DNA of 64,000 nt from an uncultured virus (IMG/VR IMGVR_UViG_2061766007_000748) (Duplodnaviria; Heunggongvirae; Uroviricota; Caudoviricetes). This document shows, piece after piece, positions 47,358-56,156 of the stretch. The translations under genes and the position numbers were made by a program. The notes beneath the pieces were generated by a model, which worked only from the letters and a program-made list of their open reading frames with translations, made no database searches and was not told where the DNA came from. The stretch lies in the IMG/VR virus record IMGVR_UViG_2061766007_000748. The stretch is one strand, 5' to 3'. Position 1 is the stretch's first letter; each line of letters begins with the position of its first letter.

Positions 47358-48794
47358 ATGGCAGATTTAAGAATAATTGGTCTTAATGGAGAAATTGAAG
47401 TATATCCATTATTCTCAGGAACAGCTAATGGTGTTATTGCGGCTACTATAAATAGTTCTAATTATTACCTGAAAACTTGTACTATTAATGTTGGAACTTT
47501 ACAGGCTACAACAGATGGTGGTACGGCTTCTTTTGAGAAGACCAGAACCTGTACCACCTGTAATTCCTGTGATTTATGTTATAACGTGACTGATTCTTGT
47601 AGAACTTGTGAAACGTGCGAATCACAATGTAATTCAACCTGCCAAAGTTGTAATATAGGATGTGATACAACCTGTAATGATAGATGTTATGATTGTCAGA
47701 GTTGTAATACAGGATGTGATACAACCTGTAACAGCAGATGTTATAACTGTAATTCTTGTAATAAACAATGCCAAGGCTGTGTTAACTGTAACGGAAATTG
47801 TAATACTGCTTGTTATAGTGATAATAGTGGGTGTTCAGTTTGCCAAGGATGCACAACCTGTGATGGAAGTTGTAACGGAAGTTGTTTTGGAAGTTGTAAT
47901 TTGACTTGTCAAGGAACTAATACAACCTGTAGCGGTAATTGTAATGAATGTCAAGTCTGCAACTCTGAACAAAATTGTGCCAAGGTTTGCTATAGTCATG
48001 TGCAAACCAAGTGTTCTTCTGGTTGCTATGATAAATGTGTTGGTCAATGTTATGTTAGTTATTATATATGTAATTCAGGTCAAGGATCCTGTTCAACGAA
48101 TTGTTATACATCTTGTATCGACTGTTATAATTATTGTCATGGAAATTATTGTTCAGGTGGTCATCAAGGTTGTCAAAACGGATGTAAAAACGGTAGTTGT
48201 ACTCCTTGCTATGGTTCTTATAGTATATGCTCCTCAGGTGAGGGTTGTGTAGATGGAACATCTTGTGCTTGTAACGGTTACGGAGGGGCAGGTTGTTATG
48301 GTGATAATGCCTGTTCAGGTGGTTGCCAATCATGTGCATCAATATGTTACGGAAAGTGCCAAACAGGAAGTTATACCGTTACTTGTTCAGCTTGTAACAG
48401 CGGTTGTACAGCTTGTGACAGCAATTGTTACGGTAAATGTTATGTTTGTAATACAAGTTGTAATGGTACTTGTAATGGTACTTGTAATGCCGGTTGTACT
48501 AGTTGCGATGGAAGTTGTACAAGTTCATGTAATAGTACTTGTGACGGTTGCCAGGCTTATCACAATCAAGGATGTCAACAATGTTATAAATGCCAAAGTT
48601 ATGTTAATGCCTGTCGTCAATGTCATGACTGCCAACTTTGTAACGGAACTTGTCAGGGTTGTGTTGGTTGTCAGGCGGGAGATTGTGCAACCTGTTATGA
48701 GTGTAATTCTACCTGTTATAATTATTTTGCTACTAACGCTCAGATAGCGTGTGGTAATGCTACCACCTGGGGCTATCCTGGAATCACATCGTAA
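47358..48794 (+). CDS. Giant Cys-rich CxxC/CxxxC repeat protein; putative radical SAM substrate / adhesin
   Basis: 478 aa with 96 Cys by hand count; ~63-aa Cys-poor N-terminus; starts 4 nt after the fibre 2 stop. Confidence 0.8.
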   Translation: MADLRIIGLNGEIEVYPLFSGTANGVIAATINSSNYYLKTCTINVGTLQATTDGGTASFEKTRTCTTCNSCDLCYNVTDSCRTCETCESQCNSTCQSCNIGCDTTCNDRCYDCQSCNTGCDTTCNSRCYNCNSCNKQCQGCVNCNGNCNTACYSDNSGCSVCQGCTTCDGSCNGSCFGSCNLTCQGTNTTCSGNCNECQVCNSEQNCAKVCYSHVQTKCSSGCYDKCVGQCYVSYYICNSGQGSCSTNCYTSCIDCYNYCHGNYCSGGHQGCQNGCKNGSCTPCYGSYSICSSGEGCVDGTSCACNGYGGAGCYGDNACSGGCQSCASICYGKCQTGSYTVTCSACNSGCTACDSNCYGKCYVCNTSCNGTCNGTCNAGCTSCDGSCTSSCNSTCDGCQAYHNQGCQQCYKCQSYVNACRQCHDCQLCNGTCQGCVGCQAGDCATCYECNSTCYNYFATNAQIACGNATTWGYPGITS

Positions 48795-48830
48795 TACATT
48801 CTATTATTGAAATATAAAAAGGAGTTTATA

Positions 48831-50093
48831 ATGAATGCTAACATATCATTAGTTTTATACGGAATAAAGAAATGTTCCGGTTCGTGCCTTTACTGTTCGG
48901 CTGCTTCAACAATGAAATATCGTTCTAAAAGTAATCATACATCATTTGTTTTTGATAAAAAGAAAACGAAAGAACGAATTCTTGAATTTTGTAAAGATGC
49001 TCTCGATAGAGCTAAACAAAATAATGAAGGTGTTGAGCTGAATGTAGATATATGGGGTGGGAATCCTGTAGAGAACATAGACCCTTTCAAACAGGCAGTA
49101 GATTTTATAGAAAACGAACTTAAAGAATTTAAGTTTATCACAATTCACACTAGTGGTAATGGTCTTGAACTTCAGGACAGAGACATTGTAGATTATCTTA
49201 TCAGTCATAATATTCATTACCAGTTATCACATGATGGACTTGGACAATGGATTCGTACCGGTGAAATAGATCCTCTTTATTGGGATAAGACAAAGGATAA
49301 TATAGCAGAACTTGCAAGAAAAGGAATCTTGGACTGGATAAACTGTACCCTTTCAGCTCGTAATCCTTCTTTCTTCAGGAACATTGAATTTTGGAATAAA
49401 TGGCGTGACGATTTTAGAATTGCTGATAAAGATATTACCATTAAACTTAATCACATTTATGACGGAACAAAACCAATCACTAAGAAATGGCTTGGTAAAG
49501 ATAATGAATTTATCAAGCATGGTGAGGAAGTGGGAGATTTGTGTTTCCACGGCACAACCTTACAAGAATATCTCCACGAGTTCAGGAAATTATCTTATAT
49601 CTGTATGACACCAGGCATTGAAAATAACATTACGTTCAAACCTTTTGTAAATTACATCAGAGGACAATATGACAGATTTAAGATAATGAAAACTGATGAA
49701 GATTGTGGAAGTTGTGTAGCCTTTCAGCGTGGACTTAAAAAAACTAACTTCGCAATTGATACTAAAGGTGAATATTGTCAGTGCAATCTCATTGATAGCA
49801 GCACTAAAGTTCAGAATCCTGGGGCTAAACAACCTGATTACTGTAAAGGTTGTAGATACGAAAAAATGCTTGAATGTAATAAATGTGGTTCAGAGAATTA
49901 TATGCCTAAATGTGAATATCATTACTGGTGGGCTGAAACATTGGAAGAAACTTGGCAGGTTATTCAACTTATGCAGCAATTACAAAACAATCAGAATAAT
50001 CAAATGAGAAATAATTTCTGTAACGGAGACGAATGCAATTGCAAAGATAAAAACCGGCAACCGGTATTCTGTGTAAAGGATTATATTTTCTAA
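48831..50093 (+). CDS. Radical SAM enzyme with SPASM/twitch-type Cys-rich C-terminus
   Basis: 'CSGSCLYC' (CxxxCxxC), 'IWGGNP', 'HTSGNG', 'LSHDG' and 'CGSC..AIDTKGEYCQC..YCKGC..ECNKC..KC'; AAGGAG RBS before ATG 48831. Confidence 0.9.
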   Translation: MNANISLVLYGIKKCSGSCLYCSAASTMKYRSKSNHTSFVFDKKKTKERILEFCKDALDRAKQNNEGVELNVDIWGGNPVENIDPFKQAVDFIENELKEFKFITIHTSGNGLELQDRDIVDYLISHNIHYQLSHDGLGQWIRTGEIDPLYWDKTKDNIAELARKGILDWINCTLSARNPSFFRNIEFWNKWRDDFRIADKDITIKLNHIYDGTKPITKKWLGKDNEFIKHGEEVGDLCFHGTTLQEYLHEFRKLSYICMTPGIENNITFKPFVNYIRGQYDRFKIMKTDEDCGSCVAFQRGLKKTNFAIDTKGEYCQCNLIDSSTKVQNPGAKQPDYCKGCRYEKMLECNKCGSENYMPKCEYHYWWAETLEETWQVIQLMQQLQNNQNNQMRNNFCNGDECNCKDKNRQPVFCVKDYIF

Positions 50094-50097
50094 ACAA

Positions 50098-50131
50098 AAA
50101 CCCTACTCAATTACGAGTAGGGTTTATTTTT
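50098..50131. terminator. Likely bidirectional terminator closing the fibre-rSAM unit
   Basis: aaaccctactc-aattac-gagtagggttt with flanking A and T tracts, between convergent genes. Confidence 0.8.
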
Positions 50132-50384
50132 GAACCGAACAAGAAATTATTTTGCCTTATATCCNNNNNNNNNNNNNNNNNNNNNNNNNNNNNNNNNNNN
50201 NNTTTAAGTTGTGAAACCTTAATGTTGTTATCCACAGTTGCAATTCTTCCTATGATTTCTGTATCTTCAAAAACTGTTATGTTCTTGCCGGCCAATGTCT
50301 GGTACTTTCTACCGTTCACCTTAGTAAATGATTTTCCCATAGTCTAAATCTCCTTTATAACCGTCATTATCTTAAAAAAACCGA

Positions 50385-50432
50385 GGGTCTAAAAGGCAAA
50401 TGGTGTAATTATACCAGATGCCTTAAAACCCC
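50385..50432. repeat. TAATTATAC-core hairpin element, copy 3
   Basis: gggt..aaggca..tggtgtaattatacca..tgcctt..accc, followed by gctgttttt. Confidence 0.75.
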
Positions 50433-50439
50433 GCTGTTT

Positions 50440-51253
50440 TTAAGCTGCTATAAGTATCTTTTGAGCTTTATTAAGCATTTGATACCCGTCCATAAAACCT
50501 ATCATCTTTGCTGTTGAAACAGGCTTCTTCTTTTTGTCGTTACTTACAAAATCAGCGACAGCATTGTAAAGGCCCCATTTTGTACCGCGGAAGTTCTGTA
50601 GGTCGTCTTTGTTCTTGTAAATATCTGCAATTGATTCAAGTACATATTTCTTCTGGTTTTCTGAGAAGTCAAACTTCTTAAAGAACTCGCGGAAGAATTT
50701 GTCTTCGTTTACTTTTTCAATAGCAAGTTTTTCTGCGTCTTCCTTGATACGGTCAATGTAGTTAAGTGAAAGTGAAAGTGAACTTTCTGCTTCCTTCTGC
50801 TTTTCTTGAAGATTACCAAGATGTGCTACTCGCCAAAGTCTTGTAGCACCCTGTTCTGCCAACTGTAAGGTGTTGTTACAGCAAACCCTCACATTGGTTA
50901 TTCCTGCGGTTAAACCAAATACACCGTTGTGACCGTTTGAAACAAACAAGTAATTTTCAACCTTGTCACCAACCAGGTTAGTTTCAGGAAGTCTTACAAG
51001 GAGGAATACACGAGCTCCGTTATAAAGGCTACCTGCTGTTTCGTAATGACATTCAACACCTTTAGCGTTCTTGATAATCGCATCTGTAAAGTCAAACAAG
51101 TCTTTGTTCTGATAAACCTGATACTTTTCCTTTACAACACCAAGAACTTCTTTTGTATCTGAACGAACATTAGCAAAGGTATTAGGAATCTCAATTCCAC
51201 CCTTTAGATAAACAGGCTGTTGAACTACATCCCAACCAAGGTTTGCAAGTTTA
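50440..51253 (-). CDS. DUF932-family phage/plasmid protein (5' end in gap)
   Basis: Frame extends upstream as 'ANLGWDVVQQPV..ANVRSDTKEVLGVV..YQVYQN'; also 'YETAGSL..G', 'SNGHNG', 'VRVCCNNTL' and 'GTKWGLYNAVADF'. Confidence 0.8.
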
Positions 51254-51536
51254 NNNNNNNNNNNNNNNNNNNNNNNNNNNNNNNNNNNNNNNNNNNNNNN
51301 NNNNNNNNNNNNNNNNNNNNNNNNNNNNNNNNNNNNNNNNNNNNNNNNNNNNNNNNNNNNNNNNNNNNNNNNNNNNNNNNNNNNNNNNNNNNNNNNNNNN
51401 NNNNNNNNNNNNNNNNNNNNNNNNNNNNNNNNNNNNNNNNNNNNNNNNNNNNNNNNNNNNNNNNNNNNNNNNNNNNNNNNNNNNNNNNNNNNNNNNNNNN
51501 NNNNNNNNNNNNNNNNNNNNNNNNNNNNNNNNNNNA

Positions 51537-52398
51537 CGGTAAAATTGAAAGTCAGGTATTTGCAAATTCTACAGCCTATAACAATGCCATTTCAAAAATA
51601 GAAGATACTAACTTCATTTTACTTGGTGATACTTATTACAATCTGAAATACATTTCAATTGTAAAACAGAATGGCAAGAATGTTACCTATATCTTTACTG
51701 GAAAAGATGTTGTAGATTTTGCCTATGGAACTGTAAAGGCAGCTGAAGATGTAATTGCTTTACTTAAAGATTCATTCCTTGAAATCGAAGGTAAATGGTA
51801 TAATGCGGAACAGTTGGTTGTTGCAAACAGTAATGAAGATTCCCTTATTGTTACTTACAATTTTGGTGGAGAACAGTTGAATGTTCAGTATGCTAATTCT
51901 ACAGACTTTGAGGACGCTGTTGAAAAGGTTGAGGAAGTTAATGGTAGTGGTAGTGGAGACGTAGATATTGAAAACAACAAAGCTGCTACAATTGATGTTT
52001 CTGAGTATACTGATCCGGTTGTGGTTACACCGTCTAAGGGTAAAGACGGAATGAAGAAAGCAACTGTTACGTTGAGCAACATTCCAGGTGGAGGAGGAGT
52101 ATACTATTTGTATACTGCTCAAGACGAAACTCTTATAGTAGAAGAGCCCCTAAGTGCTGATGGAGGAACTCTTACTGGAACCTATATTGATAATGTAACT
52201 GGTACACCTACAACCAAAGAGTACAAAAATGCTACTTATTCTTGGGCTGAAGGGGAGTGCCAGAGTATTTGTTTATTTATTGGTAATGATTCTACTAAAA
52301 TATCACCAAAGAGTCCAGATCCTATTGTTGCGCCTGACTACACAGTAATTTACCTNNNNNNNNNNNNNNNNNNNNNNNNNNNNNNNNNNNACCATTGA
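51537..52398 (+). CDS. Virion protein paralogous to 38297 (5' end in gap)
   Basis: Same N-terminal repeat style ('FILLGDTYYN', 'FLEIEGKWYNA', 'YANSTDFEDAVE') but a different C-terminus. Confidence 0.6.
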
Positions 52399-53063
52399 TA
52401 ACCATATTTGATTTCTACGATTACAGTTCAAATCCAATAGTTCAGTACTGCTTATCACAATATAAAGATAAGCAGGTACTGACATTGGACGACTGTATGG
52501 CAGACATAATGAAACTTAGACACTCTCGTTTCTGTTATGNNNNNNNNNNNNNNNNNNNNNNNTTATACTACGCTACACAATCAGATGATTTTATTTATGT
52601 AGATGCTGACTCACTGGTTGAAAATATTCAAGACCTAAAAATGAATATGACTTGTCGTTCTTCTTTTGGTTTCAATGAAGGTAGTTATTTTAGAGCAAAT
52701 AAAGATACAGACTGGTGTCAGTTTTATGTTAATGTTTATGAAACAGATTTAGAAATAGGAGATAATCCTACTGCAACCGTTTACAGAAAACATCCTTTTA
52801 CTGTTCCACTTCAAGATTTGAACTATACTCATTTTTATGTGAGTATCTTTAACAGGTTTCCAAAGGTTGATAAAATACTTTATACAGACGACTACAATAA
52901 GGCTAATGAATTAAGACAGCCTGTATGGTGTTTTGATGTTAGACCTGGATTTATAACTAACGGCAGAATTTTTCATACTACTCATAAACTACCGTTTGAA
53001 GTATTTAAGGAACAGTTAATGTATTCACAACAGAATTCTAATCTGAAGTTCGAGGAGATTTGA
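52395..53063 (+). CDS. Putative GT-A glycosyltransferase
   Basis: 'DFIYVDADS' DxD motif; coupled to a nucleotide-sugar dehydrogenase. Confidence 0.5.
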   Translation: MITIFDFYDYSSNPIVQYCLSQYKDKQVLTLDDCMADIMKLRHSRFCYXXXXXXXXLYYATQSDDFIYVDADSLVENIQDLKMNMTCRSSFGFNEGSYFRANKDTDWCQFYVNVYETDLEIGDNPTATVYRKHPFTVPLQDLNYTHFYVSIFNRFPKVDKILYTDDYNKANELRQPVWCFDVRPGFITNGRIFHTTHKLPFEVFKEQLMYSQQNSNLKFEEI

Positions 53064-53064
53064 G

Positions 53065-53844
53065 ATGTTTGAACAGGAACAGATTCTAGAGAATCCTACG
53101 GTATTGATATGTGGCTATGGTATAGTAGGTAAGAATATTAAAAAGGATTTTCCTTTTGCACATACTTACGATGTTTATGTTAAAGCTTTTCCCGATTACA
53201 CTACTCCTCCTGATACTACATACGATATTGCTTTTATTTCTGTTCCTACACCCTTAAAAGATAACAGATGTGATATAACCTATGTTAAACAGGTTCTTTC
53301 TACAGTCAAGGCAAACATCTATGTTATTAAGTCTACTATTCCACCTGAAACCACAAATCATTTAAAAACCGAATTTCAGAAAAGAATTGTCTTCTCACCC
53401 GAATATACTGGAATCACTCATTCTTCCAATGCCGGTAATTTTGTAATATTGGGTGGAGAAAATGAAGATGTTCATATTATCAGACAACTTTATGAACAGG
53501 TAAAAGGACCAGAATTATATATCTACCAGTGTTCCAGTACTGAAGCAGAAATCATTAAATATATGGAAAACTGTTTCCTTGGACTAAAGGTGGTATTTTG
53601 TAATCAGTTCAAGGATATTGCAGNNNNNNNNNNNNNNNNNNNNNNNNNNNNNNNNNNAGGATTTATTTTAGATAAACGAGTCGGAAAATCACATACCCTG
53701 GTTTATGACAAATATAGGGGATATGACAGCAAATGTCTGAATAAGGATATTCCTGCCTTTATTACAGAAGTAAAAGAAAGGGGAATGGATTCTTTTATTA
53801 TGGAATCTGTAAACGAAATAAATAACAAGATCAAAGCACGTTAA
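53065..53844 (+). CDS. UDP-glucose/GDP-mannose dehydrogenase family protein
   Basis: 'ICGYGIVG', 'FISVPTP', 'IKSTIPP', 'FSPEY', 'AEIIKYMEN' and 'GYDSKCLNKD'. Confidence 0.85.
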   Translation: MFEQEQILENPTVLICGYGIVGKNIKKDFPFAHTYDVYVKAFPDYTTPPDTTYDIAFISVPTPLKDNRCDITYVKQVLSTVKANIYVIKSTIPPETTNHLKTEFQKRIVFSPEYTGITHSSNAGNFVILGGENEDVHIIRQLYEQVKGPELYIYQCSSTEAEIIKYMENCFLGLKVVFCNQFKDIAXXXXXXXXXXXXGFILDKRVGKSHTLVYDKYRGYDSKCLNKDIPAFITEVKERGMDSFIMESVNEINNKIKAR

Positions 53845-54034
53845 TNNNNNNNNNNNNNNNNNNNNNNNNNNNNNNNTTAATTGCATGATTAAACTGTTTT
53901 TCTGAAATCTCATAAGCCGCACAGGCACTCATTGTATCTTTGAATACTTCAGCTGTTTTTGATTTAAGGTTATTAATTTCGTTAGGGTTATCTTCGTCAA
54001 GGTAAATTGTAATTTTAATTTTCATAATTTCTCC

Positions 54035-54949
54035 TTATTGAATATTTAATTCTTTTTTTATCATATCAACCTCTTCATAAGTTAATTCTCCCGGATCATT
54101 CTTTCCAAATGGTTCACAGATGTTTACTACTTCTACTTCCATTCCGGTTGAGGATAAATTCATTCCAAGATGTTTAGCTTTCTCCTGAGCCTCATATTCA
54201 TTATCAAAACAGATAAATATCTTTTTGTATCTTTCTTTTAAGAATAATTCTTGTTCGTGGGTTACGGTAGTACCAAGTGAACAGATACAGTTATTTCCAA
54301 CGCGAATGACATCAAATGCACCCTCAACCAACATAACGTAATCTTGTGTACTGTTATCAAGATTAAAAAAAATATCTTTTGCTGCAATTACAGACTGTTC
54401 AATAGACAAGTTTTTGTATCGTGGAATATTAAGTCTTTTAATCTCTTCTTTACTTAAAATAGAACGACCAGTCCAACTTACCAAAACCTTTTTGTAATAA
54501 ATTGGAATAAGGATTCTGTAAGACCAATCACCGGCAATTCCACCACCTCTGATATGAAACTTATCTTGAAGATAATTTACATCATAACCTCTATTTATTA
54601 AATACTGTTTTTCCTGTTCATTTAAGTGATAACCGGGTAAATCAAGATATTGAGCTTTTGCTGTTCTTTTTGTTTCTTTTTCAGGTGCAATATATTTATA
54701 GTCTTGTATAAATTTAGAAACTTGATTAAACGGAATATTTAAGATTTTCTCAAGTGCGTCATACCAGCTGTGACCACCACATCTCCAACAACTGNNNNNN
54801 NNNNNNNNNNNNNNNNNNNNNNNNNNATTAAAATGAGTATCTGGTGGGTCAGAACAGAACGGACAATTTACATTAACCCAAAATTTATTTACATCTGTTC
54901 TAACAGGAATATGAGCATTATCAAATATGCGTTTGAAATCAATTGCCAT
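54035..54949 (-). CDS. DNA primase (zinc finger + TOPRIM)
   Basis: 'CPFC..H..CWRC', 'LVEGAFDV', 'CFDNE' and 'KNDPGE'; start re-placed at 'MAIDF'. Confidence 0.85.
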   Translation of the reverse strand: MAIDFKRIFDNAHIPVRTDVNKFWVNVNCPFCSDPPDTHFNXXXXXXXXXXXSCWRCGGHSWYDALEKILNIPFNQVSKFIQDYKYIAPEKETKRTAKAQYLDLPGYHLNEQEKQYLINRGYDVNYLQDKFHIRGGGIAGDWSYRILIPIYYKKVLVSWTGRSILSKEEIKRLNIPRYKNLSIEQSVIAAKDIFFNLDNSTQDYVMLVEGAFDVIRVGNNCICSLGTTVTHEQELFLKERYKKIFICFDNEYEAQEKAKHLGMNLSSTGMEVEVVNICEPFGKNDPGELTYEEVDMIKKELNIQ

Positions 54950-55490
54950 ATTTACANNNNNNNNNNNNNNNNNNNNNNNNNNNNNNNNNNNNNNNNNNNN
55001 NNNNNNAAGTTCTTCATCAAAATATGCTCTTACAATAGCTTCAAGTATCATTTTATCAGCTATATTGTCTTCAATATCTTTATAACAAGAATCTACACCA
55101 TAATGACCACCTGAAATAAAACCAATTNNNNNNNNNNNNNNNNNNNNNNNNNNNNNNNNNNNNNTTCCTCATGATTTAATTCATAAATAATAATCGGAAC
55201 AATATCCTGGTTTTCGTAAGGCATGGCTCTGATTGTATTGTAATCAAGCCATTCAAAAGCGTCATTGTAAAAGTCAGGCTCACATCCAGGACTATCACAA
55301 TCGTTATGTTCTTTATCGTTCCATTCTTTTTCGTAATCTTCTGCAAGTGCCGCAGCAAGTGTATAATAACCATAAATAATATGTTTTTTATCTTCACTTA
55401 CTCCAAGAATACCTTTATTGAAAACTTCTTCTGGTTCTAAAAACAATACTGGTTCTTCAATTCCAAACCGTTCACAGATTTCCTGTTTTG

Positions 55491-55964
55491 TCATATATTA
55501 CCTCCTATAATTTTAAGAACTTTCTGTCTCTGTTCTTCTATTTGTTCAGGTGTTGCAAGTTTACCACCTGGTATCATAACGTCAAGAAAATCACCAATAT
55601 CAAATATTTCACCTTCTGATAAAACATTCAAAGCATAAGCATTATTTAATGTAAAATTGATAATTTGATTAATATCCTTCTGATTTAATTCTGATTTAGT
55701 TTTATCATATGTATCTTCTACTAATTCACNNNNNNNNNNNNNNNNNNNNNNNNAAAATTGTTTTTGGACTGTATCTGCATGATTTATCTGAAACTTAATC
55801 CTTTTACCATGTCCACCTTTAAGATATTCTTTACCTTCATCTACCCATATATTTACAGGTAATCCACTTCTTTTCTTACGAATATTTGCCATAGAATAAA
55901 TCCATGAACATTCTTCAGTAACATTATCTATTTCATTATCTATTTCATTATCAATAAGTTCCAT
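55491..55964 (-). CDS. Hypothetical protein, possibly DUF4160/toxin-like
   Basis: 'MANIRKKRSGLPVNIWVDEG...HGKRIKFQ'; short IDNE repeat at the N-terminus; AGGAGG RBS. Confidence 0.45.
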   Translation of the reverse strand: MELIDNEIDNEIDNVTEECSWIYSMANIRKKRSGLPVNIWVDEGKEYLKGGHGKRIKFQINHADTVQKQFXXXXXXXXXELVEDTYDKTKSELNQKDINQIINFTLNNAYALNVLSEGEIFDIGDFLDVMIPGGKLATPEQIEEQRQKVLKIIGGNI

Positions 55965-55980
55965 AATCTAATTCCTCCTT

Positions 55981-56120
55981 AAAATAAAAACCCCTTTATG
56001 AAAGTGTCTGGTGGTTTGCCAAGATTGTCCAATGCGAATAAAACAATCATAAACACTTTCACAAAAGGGTTTTAATTATCTCTCGCATTGTCTATCTTAT
56101 CCACAGTCACCAACTAAGGA
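55981..56120 (-). ncRNA. Structured 5' leader with competing terminator/antiterminator folds
   Basis: 21-bp stem (55987-56007 with 56053-56073) plus U tract; the upstream segment pairs with the loop. Confidence 0.65.
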
Positions 56121-56127
56121 CAATTAG

Positions 56128-56156
56128 ATTATAATATAACCACTTCTGTTTGTAAA
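56128..56156 (-). promoter_or_regulatory. Sigma70-like promoter
   Basis: Minus strand TTTACA-17nt-TATAAT. Confidence 0.8.

Noticed and set aside
47506..48747. Alternative-frame and antisense ORFs over the Cys-rich gene and elsewhere (e.g. 8678, 14151, 23816)
   Set aside because: Shadow ORFs produced by codon bias; no RBS or recognisable motifs.
47358..48794. Multiheme cytochrome or eukaryotic contamination
   Set aside because: Only an isolated CxxCH-like motif (CRQCH), no signal peptide, and contiguous gap-free phage context.
40633..50093. Diversity-generating retroelement or invertible fibre cassette
   Set aside because: No reverse transcriptase or invertase seen; fibre repeats are in-frame protein repeats with no evident adenine-specific differences.
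55922..55955. 12-bp tandem repeat encoding IDNE
   Set aside because: Short in-frame slippage repeat with no further signal.
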